NCBI RefSeq assembly: GCF_006345805.1
Contig: NC_043016.1
Coordinates: 10,912,001-10,976,000, forward strand
Origin: Octopus sinensis
Taxonomy: Eukaryota
DNA: 64,000 nt
Reading direction: 5' to 3'
Shown here in pieces: positions 12,929 to 25,155 of the stretch. The notes beneath the pieces are model-generated. The model did no database searches, was not told where the DNA came from, and saw only the letters and a list, made by a program, of their open reading frames with translations. How positions within the stretch are numbered: the first letter of the stretch is position 1; each line of letters starts with the position of its first letter. A program made the translations under genes and the position numbers.

Positions 12929-13121
12929 GCGGGTGGCACGTAAAAAGCACCCACTACACTCACGGAGTGGTTGGCGTTTAGGAAGGGCATCCAGCCGTAG
13001 AAACACTGCCAGATTTGACTGGGCCTGATGAAGCCTTCTGGCTTCACAGACCCCAGTAGAACCGTCCAACCCATGCTAGCATGGAAAACGGACGCTAAAC
13101 GACGATGATGATGATGATGAT
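12929..13121 (+). mobile_element. RTE LINE 3' terminal copy (one GGTGGCAC module, GAT tail) in (TA)n
   Basis: Matches ~35930-36126 of the long RTE copy. Confidence 0.9.
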
Positions 13122-13354
13122 ATATAAATAAAAACTTTCTTGGAGAAAAGAAAACAATGCGTGCGTTCAGTCATATAATAACAATTTAATAAATAAAACA
13201 TATGTATACATACATGCATATATGTACATACCTACATCTATATGTATATATACATGCATATATGAGTACAGGACACCACAATTAAACGTAGAACACAACG
13301 AGAAACGAAAACATAAAATCAAACAAGGAAACGGACTTTTTTTAACAATTTTGT

Positions 13355-14580
13355 ACAACCAGTATGAAACCTTTAGTATCTGCTTTCAATTCTGAACTTC
13401 TCAGCCACTGATAGGTTGATGCTTAGCCTACATCAGCATTTGGAGCTTGAAGAATATATTGTCTATATCAGGGGCTTCTGGCTCCACCACTCCTCAATTT
13501 GGTTCTGTCCATTCTTTTTTTTGCAGTCTGCTTGATTTGTTTTACTTGCTTGATAGCAATGGTTTCAGGTTCTGCAACTGATTCAGAGTTAATGCCATGT
13601 TTCCATGTGAATTTATAAGCTTCTTTGACAAGAGAATGCAACGTTTTGCTGCTTTTATGCTCGGACACAAGCTGCAGCATCCATTCCTTCTACATTAGAT
13701 AAATACCTGTTCTTCTTATGGTGGAAGTCTTTTGGCATAGTTCTAATTGCATCATTCCTATTCCTCCCCTGTTTCTAGTAGGTAATCAACATCTGCCTTT
13801 GGGTGGTGCATGTTTTTAGATGCCAATAATTTTCTTGTCTTCCTGTCCAGGCATTGGAGCTCCATAGGATTCCAGTTAATGATATTAAAACTGTACTGGA
13901 TTATGGAAGTGCCAGGGTGTTAATAGCTTCAATATGATGCTTCAAGTTGAATTCAGTCTTCAGTACAAGTTTTATTCTCCTGTAGTATTCTTTTCTTATT
14001 TTTGCTTCCATAGTAGCATGATGTATACCATCTGCTTCGTTTATTCCCAATAGTTTCGGGCATGGCTGTGTGGTTAGGGAGCTTGCTTCCTAGCTACATG
14101 GTTTCGAGTTCAGTCCCACTGAGTGGCACTTTGGGCAGGTGTCTTCCACTATAGCCCCGAGTCGACCAAAGCTTTGTGATTGAATTCGGTAGGCGGAAGT
14201 TACTGCCGTGTGTGTATATGTGCATGTAGGTGCTCAGTGCCTCTCCGAAAGAGAGAGAGGGAGATTATAATTTTCTTGTAGGTCGAGTTCCTTGGTGGTA
14301 AAATCGATTCCTAATTTAATGGAAGCTGTTTGCCTGAGCTTGCCTCTCACAAAAGTTGCTTTAGCACATTTATCAAGGCCGAAATCCATCCAAGTCAGAG
14401 ATCTAATCTAGTTGTCATCATCGTTGCTGTTGTTGTAGTGGTTGTTGTTGTTGTTGTTGTTGCTGCTGCTGTTGTTGTTGTTCTCTGGTCATTGCTCTCC
14501 TGACCGAATATATATAAAAGGTGACTAATATCACCATAATACTTAACCCTTTCAATACCAGTGACAATATCTTTCAACTG
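13355..14580 (-). mobile_element. Dong/R4-clade LINE, degenerate RT to thumb region, interrupted by a SINE A head (14045-14210) and a (GTT)n tract
   Basis: Minus-strand peptides ISHLLY, MDFGLDKCAK...RGK, KIRKEYYRRIKLVLKTE, DRKTRK...HHPKADV and YQWLRSSELK. Confidence 0.8.
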
Positions 14581-14894
14581 ACATTCATGTCATTGGACTT
14601 TCCTGAATATTAAATGTTTGACTTTCATTAGGTGAATGATGGATTAACTTACATCAAGAAAGAGAACATATCATTCACAGCTTGACAAATGTCCTGTCAT
14701 TTGCTGTTATGTTAGTATGTCAACCAACAAAAACACCAAAATATTATTTCTTACAAAGAGAAAAATGTCTTAATTTTTGTGGGAGAGAACAGTTGATTAT
14801 ATACACCACAACAACAGCAGCAGCAACAACAACAACAACAACGACGACAACAACAACAACAACAATAATAATGATAAGGATGATGATGATGATA

Positions 14895-15520
14895 ATAATA
14901 GTTGCAAGGCTTTGCATGATAGATTCCCAAAGATAATTGTAGCAAATAGTAGATGGTTGCAGAAAGGAAGACTGAAAAGGGAGACAGAAAATTTGTTAGT
15001 AGCAGCACAAGATCAAGCATTAAGAACTAATTGGATAAAAGCCAAGATAGACAAAAACCAAGTAGATTCCCAATGTAGGTTATTCAAATCAAAATTAGGC
15101 AAGTTTTATCCATATAGTAAATGAATGTAGCATGCCAGCAGAGAGAGAATACAAGAAAAGACATGACAACATAGGGAGAGTAATCTACTGGGAGTTATGT
15201 AGAAAGCTAGGATTTGACCATACTGATAAATGGTATGAACACGAATCTAGTAAAGTACTAGAAAGTAATAAATACAAGATGTTGTGGGACTTTAACATTC
15301 AGGCTGACAAAGCAATAGAAGCTAGAAGGTCTGATTTAGTAGTAGTAGACAAAGAGAATAGCAAATGCCAGACAATTGACTTTACAGTCCCAAATGATGG
15401 AGGAATCAATATGAGAGATATAGAAAAAATAGCAAATTACCAGGACCTAGCCATTGAATTACAGAGACTATGGAAGGTGCGGGTAAAATATATCACAGTA
15501 GTTATTGGCACATTGGGAGA
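14895..15520 (+). mobile_element. Dong/R4-clade LINE C-terminal fragment (zinc-knuckle region and restriction-like endonuclease)
   Basis: WLQKGRLKRETENLLVAAQDQAL...CRL; YKKRHDNIGRVIYWELC; WDFNIQADKAIEARRSDLVVVDK...IDFTVPND...EK...YQDL. Confidence 0.9.
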
Positions 15521-15532
15521 TCTATACTCTTA

Positions 15533-15935
15533 CTCTTTTACTTGTTTCAGTCATTTGACTGCGGCCATGCTGGAGCACCACCTTCTAGTCAAGTAAACCA
15601 ACCCCAGGACCTATTCTTTGTAAGCCTAGTACTTATTCTATCAGTCTCTTTTGCTGAACCACTAGGTTACGGGACGTAAACACACCAGCATCGGTCGTCA
15701 AGCGATGTTGGGGGGACAAACACAGACACACAAACATATACATACATACACATATATATACATATATACGATGGGCTTCTTCCAGTTTCTGTCTACCAAA
15801 TCCACTCACAAGGCCTTTGGTCGGCCCGAGGCTATAGTAGAAGACACTTGCCCAAGGTACCACACAGTGGGAATGAACTCGGAACCATGTGGTTGGTAAG
15901 CAAGCTACTTACCACACAGCCACTTCTGCGCCTAT
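15533..15935 (-). mobile_element. SINE family A, full length, truncating the Dong fragment
   Basis: Reverse complement of the family sequence. Confidence 0.9.
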
Positions 15936-16114
15936 AAAGATCTGAACAGATGGATAGAGGTAATAGGCATAAAACCCAGTTTAGTATAGCTCCAGAAAAC
16001 AGTGTTATTAGGGACAGCTAGAATACTTAGGAGGGTTCTTGGCATCTAAAGTTACTTGTTGTAGCCCGATGGTAGGATTTTTCTTTTCCAACAGTCTAAT
16101 CTGTTGTGTGTATA

Positions 16115-16169
<55 letters not shown>

Positions 16170-16233
16170 TAATAATAATAATAATAGTAATAATAATAAT
16201 AATAACAATAATAATAATTATAGTAATAACAAC

Positions 16234-16892
16234 AAATGGTAGAAGCACTCTGAGGCTGTAACTGAGGGAGGAAATGTAATGATTCTTAGAAACTTTCCAG
16301 TATGTACAGACCAGACCATCAAAGCTAATAAACCAGATATTGTTGTCTAAAGACCAAAACAATAAAGTCTGTTTATTGATTGACACGAGTATACCCTGCG
16401 ATGATAATATCTAGACGAATGCATTTAATAAGCTCAGAAAATATAAAGATTTGCAAATTAAAATCAATAAGATGTGACATCTCAAAACAGTTACAATATC
16501 AGTGATTGTAGGAGAACTTGGAATGATCGAAAAAGGAACTGAAAATTATTTAAGAATGATCTTTGGCATACCATCCAAGCAGGAAATGCAAAAGATTGTC
16601 TTAACTGGTACATTCCACCTATTGAGAAGAGCATTGTCACTGTGAATTTTCTTTCCTTTTATCCCCTTATTTTCTTTTGTTTACTTTTATTTCCATTTTT
16701 TCCTATTCTTTTATTTTTCTTCTTTCCTTTTTCATTCTTTCTTTGTTCTCCTTTTTATCTACCCTACAACTTTGTAAATGAACAATCTGGTGTATTTATT
16801 TTAATAGCCTCCCGATGTATGCAGAGAGTTTCTTTGCCCTAGGTGTCGGGAAGGCACTCAGCAAGAAATGGAAGCAAAATTGAAAGAAGAGG
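16234..16892 (+). mobile_element. Dong/R4 LINE 3' fragment flanked by (TAA)n
   Basis: Degenerate endonuclease coding (DQTIKANKPDIVV...CLLID...) plus a 3' UTR homologous to the copy at 17899-18618; (AAT)n on both sides. Confidence 0.85.
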
Positions 16893-16944
16893 ATAATATT
16901 AGTAATAATATAATAATAATAATAACAATACATGAAAGAAACAT

Positions 16945-17210
16945 TCATGTTTCCAAAGTTGAATTATCCAATCCCCAAAGAATTCCTTTCAACACATGGC
17001 TATGATGCTCCCACACTACTTCTGACTGTGATCAGAGATGCACATATCGTAAGCCACTAAGGGACATGCACAACTGGTTACGGTCAAACAACCGACAAGC
17101 AAATCTGTGGTTTTGAGCAGAATATTTGCTGTTTTATGTCAAGGCAAAAGATGTCTCGGTCAGTTCAGATCAAAAGCCATGAGAGCAACTGCCTGGTACT
17201 GGATCAGGAC

Positions 17211-17212
<2 letters not shown>
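16945..17212 (-). mobile_element. Partial copy of the ~550-bp (TAA)n-flanked non-coding repeat
   Basis: Homologous to ~17505-17794. Confidence 0.75.
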
Positions 17213-17240
<28 letters not shown>

Positions 17241-17241
<1 letters not shown>

Positions 17242-17794
17242 GAGTGAGAGAGCAGTGCATGCCATCAAAGTGACACTGGAGTAAAATATACAAAGCCCAG
17301 TATACCCATCATGACTACCCGTCTGATAAGGGTACAGTAAGCACATGCATCACAACCATGTGTGCGCGATATGGTGATCTCATATCAAGATAAACAGCAC
17401 ATGACCTTGCAGGTGGGGCCCAGTTAGAATTTTCTTCTGGTCGAGTAACCCATCCCACTTAAAAGGTCCCTGAAGAAGGGTTTTTAAGGATATTGAACAA
17501 AACACCCATGTTTCCAGAGGTGAATTATTCAAACCTCAAAGAATACCTCTCAACACATGGCTATGATGCTCCCTACTATTTCTGCTTGTGATCAGAGATG
17601 CACGTATCGTCAGACAATAAGGGACATGCTCAACTGGTTAAGATCAAACAAGTGACAAGCAAATCTGTGGTATTGATCACAATATTTGCTGTAGCCCATC
17701 TTTTATACCAAGACAAAACAATGTACATGATAACACTTCCAATCAGTTAAGATCAAAAGCCACGAGAGCCACTGCCTGATACTGCATCAGGGCA
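17241..17794 (-). mobile_element. ~550-bp non-coding interspersed repeat flanked on both sides by (TAA)n
   Basis: Three homologous copies in the window (16945, 17241, 18871); no ORF; TTA tracts at 17213-17240 and 17795-17898. Strand inferred from tract orientation. Confidence 0.75.
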
Positions 17795-17898
17795 TTATTA
17801 TTATTATTATTATATTATTATTATTATTATTATATTATTATTATATTATTATTATTATATTATTATTATTATTATTATTATTTTATTATTATTATTAT

Positions 17899-18618
17899 CT
17901 TTTTTTCTTCTTCTTTCAAATTTGCTTCATTTCTTGCCGAGTGTCTTCCCGACTCCTAGAGCAAAGAAACTCATAGTATACATTGGTAGGCCATTAAACT
18001 AAACTCACTAGTTCGTTCATTTTTTTTTTAAAGTTAAATTAGAATACATGGGTAGTAATAGTTCTCACATCGACAATGCTCTTCTCAATACGTGTGATGT
18101 ACCAGTTAAGACAATCTTTTGCATTTCTTGCAGGGATGGTAAGCCAGAGATCATTCTCATATAATTTTCGGCTCCCTTCTTGATCATTCCTAGTGCTCCT
18201 ACGATTACTGGTATTGTAACCGCCTTGAGATGCCACATTTTCTCAATTTCAATGAGCAGGCCTTTATATTTTCTGAGCTTGTCAAACTCTTTCGCCGAGA
18301 TATTATGATCACAGGGGATGCTCATGTCAATCAATAAGCAAACTTTATTGTTTTGGTCTTTCACAACAATATCCGGTTTATTGGCTTTGATGGTTTGGTC
18401 TGTATGTACTGGAAAGTCCCACAGAATCATTACATTTTCTCCTTCAGTTACAGCATCAGGGTGGTGATTATACCACTTGTCGGCAGTTTTGATATTGTAA
18501 TGCCGACTTATTAGCCAGTGTAGATATTGGCCAACTCTGTCATGTCTTAATTTATACTCCACTGGTGCTAAGACTTTATATCCAGAGATTAGGTGGTCCA
18601 CTGTTTCAATCATGTCGT
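17899..18618 (-). mobile_element. Dong/R4 LINE 3' fragment with an open 182-aa endonuclease frame, flanked by (TAA)n
   Basis: ORF 18065-18613: ETVDHLISG, YKLRHDRVGQYLHW, WDFPVHTD, NKPDIVVKD, IDMSIPCD, KEFDKLRKY (PD-(D/E)xK-type endonuclease). Confidence 0.92.
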
Positions 18619-18626
18619 TTATTATG

Positions 18627-18674
<48 letters not shown>

Positions 18675-18675
18675 A

Positions 18676-18860
18676 AGGCAATAAGGTGGCAGAATTGTTA
18701 GAAAATTAGACAAAATGCTTAATGGTAAATTCTGCTGAACTCGACTTTACCTTTCATTCTTGGGGGGGGGTCGATAAAATAAGTACCAGTTGAGCACTGG
18801 GGTCAGTGTAATCAACTATCCCTTCCCTCAAAATTGCCAGCCTAGTACCAAAATTTGAAG
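18676..18860 (+). mobile_element. SINE family B (B2), degenerate
   Basis: GTCGATAAAATAAGTACCAGTTGAGCACTGGGGTC core. Confidence 0.75.
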
Positions 18861-18870
18861 CCATAATTAC

Positions 18871-19260
18871 TGAGTGAGAGAGCAGTGCATTCCATCGAAG
18901 TGATACTGGGGTACAAATACGAAGCCCAGTATACCCATCATGAGATCCTGTCTGATAAGGGTACCTCAGGCACATGCATCACAAACATATGGGCGTGACA
19001 TGGTGATCTTATATCAAGATAAACAGTGTATATCTTTGCATGTGGGGCCCAGTTAGGATTTTCTTCAGGTCAAGTAGCTCATCCCACTTGAAAGGTCCCT
19101 GAATAAGGGTTGCTTATGGATGATGAACACAACACCCATGTATCCTTGGTGAATTATTTAAATCCTAAAGAACCCCTCTAAGTACACAGCTTTGATGCTC
19201 TCCCACTTCTCCTGATTATAGACATTGTTTTTGTTTTTTAACCAAAACAATGCAAGTTAT
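18871..19260 (-). mobile_element. Partial copy of the ~550-bp (TAA)n-associated repeat
   Basis: GAGTGAGAGAGCAGTGCAT...CCCAGTATACCCATCATGA shared with 17241. Confidence 0.75.
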
Positions 19261-19304
19261 AAGAAATAATACAAGTTGATGGTTTGTACTATTTTTGTAT
19301 ATCT

Positions 19305-19550
19305 GAGTATGTGCATGTGTGTGTTTGTATGTGAGCGAGAGAGAGAGTGTGTGTGTGTGTTTGTGTGTTTGTGTGAGTGTGTGAGTGTTTGTATGTGTGT
19401 GAGAGAGAGAATGTATGTATGTGTGTGTGTGTGTGTGTGAGTTTTTGTTTGTGTAAGTGTTTGTATGTGAGTGTGAGAATGTATGTGTTTGTGTTTGTTT
19501 GCGTACGTGTATGAGTGCTTGTGTGTGTGTGTGTGTTTTTGTGGGTTTGT

Positions 19551-19586
<36 letters not shown>

Positions 19587-20935
19587 TTGTGTGTGTGAGA
19601 ATGTGTGTGAGTGTGAAAGTGTTTGTGGGTATGTGAGAGTGTGTGTATGTGTATCTGTTTGTGTGTGTGTGCACGTGAGAGAGAGAGAGAGCGCATGTGT
19701 GTGCGCGTGGCACAAATCTCCCCTAAAGTAATCAAGATCACAAGTTAACATTTGACCCAATAGGCACTAAATTCCTGCTCCCACCGGCAAGAAACAACAC
19801 AATCTAAAATGTTCATCTAGATCCTCCGGTTAAATCCAATATCATCCTTATAAAGCCTTAGACACAGCATCAAATGGAAAACAATAAAACCAAGTAAAAC
19901 CAGGTCGAGAGCCGTAACTGGACAACGTACTGGACAACGGAAGAACTCATACATCCGGAGATAACATCAAAATACTGAAGGACATAAAAGCGCAGAAGAG
20001 AATGAAGAAGAGGGAGAACATAAAACTGTAGTTGTGCAACCACGTCATGGCTGTGTAGTAAAACGTCCGCTTCCCAACCTCATGGTTCCAGGTTCAGTCC
20101 CAATGCACAGCACCTTGGGGCAAGTGTCTTCTGCTGTAGTCTTGGACCGACCAAAGCCTTGTGAGTGGATACACACACGCAAAAGTGTTTGTGCGTGTGT
20201 GTTTGTGAGAGTGTGTGTGTGTTTGTGTTTGTGTGTGTGAGAGTGTGTGTGAGTGTGAAAGTGTTTGTGGGTATGTGGGCACACATGCGCTCTCTCTCTC
20301 TCTTACATGCATATACACACACACACACTCTCACAAACCCACAAACACTTTCACACTCACACACACTCTCATACACACACTCTCTCACACACACACTCTC
20401 ACATACCCACAAACACTTTCACACTCACACACACTCTCATACACACACTCTCTCACACACACACTCTCACATACCCACAAACACTTTCACACTCACACAC
20501 ACTCTCACACACACACTCTCACATACCCACAAACACTTTCACACTCACACACACTCTCACACACACACTCTCACATACCCACAAACACTTTCACACTCAC
20601 ACACACTCTCACACACACACTCTCACATACCCACAAACACTTTCACACTCACACACACTCTCACACACACACTCTCACATACCCACAAACACTTTCACAC
20701 TCACACACACTCTCACACACACACTCTCTCACACACACACTCTCACATACCCACAAACACTTTCACACTCACACACACTCTCATACACACACTCTCACAC
20801 ACACAAGCACACACACACAAACACTCACACACACAAACACATACACACACACACAAACACTTACACACACAAACAAGCACTCGCATATACACACACACAC
20901 ATACATTCTCTCTCTCACACACATACAAACACTCT
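19305..20935. repeat. Inverted duplication of a GT/CA-rich block with a 52-bp tandem minisatellite in the right arm; SINE A head at ~20030-20165 in the spacer
   Basis: 19305-19705 is the reverse complement of parts of 20280-20935; CATACCCACAAACACTTTCACAC recurs at 20402, 20470, 20522, 20574, 20626, 20678 and 20746. Confidence 0.85.
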
Positions 20936-20979
20936 TTCTTCCAGCTATTTCTCTGTAGTGTGAGGAAAACGATGAACAG

Positions 20980-21020
20980 CCTCAATCGATTTTCAAACCT
21001 TATTGGTTTCTCATCAGAGG
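20980..21020 (-). ncRNA. Decayed minimal hammerhead ribozyme motif (PLE type)
   Basis: Minus strand CCT-CTGATGA-GAAACC aataa GGTTT-GAAA-ATCGAT-TG-AGG; the stem II closing C is missing and position 17 is G, so probably inactive. Confidence 0.55.
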
Positions 21021-21699
21021 GGACTACATCAATTTGACCAATCCCAGAGAAACAAACAGCTAACCTGTTTACAGACCCAACAATTAGACAGTAGCTACAG
21101 AAAACTGGTGCCCCTAATTTGCATACCAAATGTATTAAATCATCACAGGCACAAAGCACTTTGGTTAGATCCGGTGTTTAGTTACATTGCTTAATATATG
21201 TCAATCAACCGTTTTCTCTCTCTCTCTATTTACCAATCCGTCACTGTGCTCCTCCAGTCTAAGACACATACTTACACACACACACACACATCCCTCATCT
21301 TTCCCTCCATACTTCCCTATCAATCTACTTATGTGTGTGTGTGTGTGTTCATAACAGTATCAAGGTATGATATAATATATGTATACTACATAGTAGATTT
21401 ATTAACAGGGTTAATTCTCCAAAGACTAAAAATATGTTCAACAACCTTAATCGATTTTCATATACATATACATATACATACATGTGTGTGTATGTGTGTG
21501 TGTAATTAAATAAAGATAGTTATGGCCAGTCTATGGGGTAACCCAAGGTTTCTTTTCCATAAAGCAGTTGGCTTTACAGTCTTTCTTAAGATCCTGATGG
21601 CCAGTGACATACAGCCTCTCTTCAAGGTGGACGGAGAAAAGATCTCATTGCCAGTTGTTGAACACACAGACGAAGGAGAAGTGTTAAGTGTAAGGGATT

Positions 21700-22070
21700 G
21701 CTACCTTTAGACCACTATCTGTTGGCTTGTGGGTCCCAGGACTTTAGTAGGAATCTCCTGAAGTGTAAGCAGGGTCCAAAAAATTCCCTCATGGAATTTA
21801 AGATCTTCCCCAGGTTGCAAGAATTCTTTAATATTCTTCTTGCCTGTTCAGCTGTGCTTGGCTTACTACACTTGCTCCCATTGATGTAGGGGCCCAGTTT
21901 TTCTAGGATCTTCCATGAGATTACGTATGGTGTCCCTTTGTCCCTCAGCTGCCACATATGGTTGGCCAAGGACATGGCATATCATCTCTCTGGGATCCTG
22001 AATGAAGATCTGTCATTGGAGAGGCACTGCTTGAAGGTGTTTCCAGAATACCCAAAGAATCTTGATGTTG
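21700..22070 (-). mobile_element. Penelope-like element, GIY-YIG endonuclease remnant
   Basis: GYSGNTFKQ...RSSFR, then SLANHMWQLRDKGTPYVISWKILEK..PY.NGSKC...ILN..REFF..C.H..FLL; homologous to the 49.8-kb remnant. Confidence 0.8.
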
Positions 22071-22664
22071 CTGCTGGTGATGCTGTTTCTGTTGATGTTG
22101 ATGCTGCTACTTCTGCTGCTGCTGGTGATGGTGCTGTTGTTGTTGTTGTTGTTGTTAAGCAACAAGACGGGTAAGGGTGATTAGGTGATGGTCTAGGGTT
22201 TAGGGGCAGGAGACCCCAGACCTTGGAAAAAAACCCAAAAAACTTTGGTCGTCTTGTTGTAGTTGAAGGCTCTTCGTTGACGCCCGACACCACTGGGAGG
22301 TGGCCCTCGAAGTCGCTGGAAATGGAGATCTCCAGGTCCAAATTCTTGAACGGCTGTTGTTGCTGGTGCTGGTGCTGTTGTTGTTGGTGTTGGTGCTGGC
22401 ATAGGGGACATCATCAGAGGCAATGTTGGTGTTGGCACTGTTGACACTGCTATAGTGTGGAAGACATGGGAATGGAAAAAAAATGAAGCTAAACCTGTTG
22501 CTAAAGGATTTGCTCCTAACAAATAGAACAGAATTCGCAGCACTAATGAACTAATTCACCAAATGCTATGGAAATCCTTCTTCCAACTCAATCAATCCTT
22601 TTCAAATGTTTATCTTTTTTTTTATATTTTTATTTTTCTACTCTGATCTTCCAGCTTCACCACT

Positions 22665-25155
22665 CATTTCATGAAGTAGCCAGCTGAGTACATCTCATGA
22701 AGTAGCCAGCTGAGTACCCCCTCATGAAGTTGTCAGCGGAGTACCCCTCATGAAGTAGCCAACTGAGTAACCCTCATGAAGTAGCCAGCTGAGTACCCCT
22801 CATGAAGTAGCCAGCTGAGCAGCCCTCATGAAGTAGCCAGCTGAGTAGCCCTCATGAAGTAGCCAGCTGAGTAGCCCTCATGAAGTAGCCAGCTGAGCAG
22901 CCCTCATGAAGTAGCCAGCTGAGAAGACCTCATGAAATGGCCAGCTGAGTACCCCTCATGAAGTAGCCAGCTGAGAAGACCTCATGAAGTAGCCAGCTGA
23001 GTAGCCCTCATGAAGTAGCCAGCTGAGTAGCCCTCATGAAGTAGCCAGCTGAGCAGCCCTCATGAAGTAGCCAGCTGAGAAGACCTCATGAAGTAGCCAG
23101 CTGAGTACCCCTCATGAAGTAGCCAGCTGAGTAGCCCTCATGAAGTAGCCAGCTGAGTAGCCCTCATGAAGTAGCCAGCTGAGAAGACCTCATGAAGTAG
23201 CCGGCTGAGTACCCCTCATGAAGTAGCCAGCTGAGAAGACCTCATGAAGTAGCCAGCTGAGTAGCCCTCATGAAGTAGCCAGCTGAGTAGCCCTCATGAA
23301 ATAGCCAGCTGAGAAGACCTCATGAAGTAGCCAGCTGAGTACCCCTCATGAAGTAGCCAGCTGAGCACCCCTCGTGAAGTAGCCAGCTGTGTACCCCTCA
23401 TGAAGTAGCCAGCTGAGTAGCCCTCATGAAGTAGCCAGCTGAGAAGACCTCATGAAGTAGCCAGCTGAGTACCCCTCATGAAGTAGCCAGCTGAGAAGAC
23501 CTCATGAAGTAGCCAGCTGAGAAGATTTCATGAAGTAGCCAGCTGAGCAGCCCTCATGAAGTAGCCAGCTGAGCAGCCCTCATGAAGTAGCCAGCTGAGC
23601 AGCCCTCATGAAGTAGCCCTCATGAAGTAGCCAGCTGAGTATCTCCACACGAAGTAGCCAGCTGAGTACCCCTCATGAAGTAGCCAGCTGAGTACCCCTC
23701 ATGAAGTAGCCAGCTCAGTACCCCTCATGAAGAAGCCAACTGAGTACCCCCTCATGAAGTAGCCAGCTGAGTACCCCCTCATGAAGTAGTCAGCTGAGTA
23801 CCCCTCGTGAAGTAGCCAGCTGAGTACCCTCTCATGAAGTAACCAGCTGAGTACCCCTCATGAAATAGCCAGCTGAGTACCCCTCATGAAGTAGCCAGCT
23901 GAGTACTCCCTCATGAAGTTGTCAGCTGAGTACCCCTCATGAAGTAGCCAACTGAGTAACCCTCATGAAGTAGCCAGCTGAGTACCCCTCATGAAGTAGC
24001 CAGCTTAGCAGCCCTTATGAAGTAGCCAGCTGAGTAGCCCTCATGAAGTAGCCAGCTGAGTAGCCCTCATGAAGTAGCCAGCTGAGCAGCCCTCATGAAG
24101 TAGCCAGCTGAGAAGACCTCATGAAGTAGCCAGCTGAGTACCCCTCATGAAGTAGCCAGCTGAGAAGACCTCATGAAGTAGCCAGCTGAGTAGCCCTCAT
24201 GAAGTAGCCAGCTGAGTAGCCCTCATGAAGTAGCCAGCTGAGCAGCCCTCATGAAGTAGCCAGCTGAGAAGACCTCATGAAGTAGCCAGCTGAGTACCCC
24301 TCATGAAGTAGCCAGCTGAGAAGACCTCATGAAGTAGCCAGCTGAGTAGCCCTCATGAAGTAGCCAGCTGAGTAGCCCTCATGAAGTAGCCAGCTGAGAA
24401 GACCTCATGAAGTAGCCGGCTGAGTACCCCTCATGAAGTAGCCAGCTGAGAAGACCTCATGAAGTAGCCAGCTGAGTAGCCCTCATGAAGTAGCCAGCTG
24501 AGTAGCCCTCATGAAATAGCCAGCTGAGAAGACCTCATGAAGTAGCCAGCTGAGTACCCCTCATGAAGTAGCCAGCTGAGCACCCCTCGTGAAGTAGCCA
24601 GCTGTGTACCCCTCATGAAGTAGCCAGCTGAGTAGCCCTCATGAAGTAGCCAGCTGAGAAGACCTCATGAAGTAGCCAGCTGAGTACCCCTCATGAAGTA
24701 GCCAGCTGAGAAGACCTCATGAAGTAGCCAGCTGAGAAGATTTCATGAAGTAGCCAGCTGAGCAGCCCTCATGAAGTAGCCAGCTGAGCAGCCCTCATGA
24801 AGTAGCCAGCTGAGCAGCCCTCATGAAGTAGCCCTCATGAAGTAGCCAGCTGAGTATCTCCACACGAAGTAGCCAGCTGAGTACCCCTCATGAAGTAGCC
24901 AGCTGAGTACCCCTCATGAAGTAGCCAGCTCAGTACCCCTCATGAAGAAGCCAACTGAGTACCCCCTCATGAAGTAGCCAGCTGAGTACCCTCTCATGAA
25001 GTAGTCAGCTGAGTACCCCTCGTGAAGTAGCCAGCTGAGTACCCTCTCATGAAGTAACCAGCTGAGTACCCCTTATGAAATAGCCAGCTGAGTACTCCTC
25101 ATGAAGTAGCCAGCTGAGTACCCCTCACGAAGTAGCCAGCTGAGTACCCCTCATT
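22665..25155 (+). repeat. 26-bp minisatellite (~95 units, CTCATGAAGTAGCCAGCTGAG-N5) with a ~1.2-kb higher-order duplication
   Basis: Marker TGTCAG at 22731 and 23920 (1189 bp apart); marker ATCTCCACAC at 23641 and 24856 (1215 bp apart). Confidence 0.97.

Noticed and set aside
13355-15520. 5' inversion (twin priming) of a single Dong insertion
   Set aside because: The two oppositely oriented fragments overlap in element coordinates and differ strongly there (WLRSSELKADTKGF versus WLQKGRLKRETENL), so they are different subfamilies.
22665-25155. CRISPR-like constant/variable array
   Set aside because: The variable part is only 5 nt with about four recurring states, there are no cas genes, and the context is eukaryotic; it is a minisatellite.
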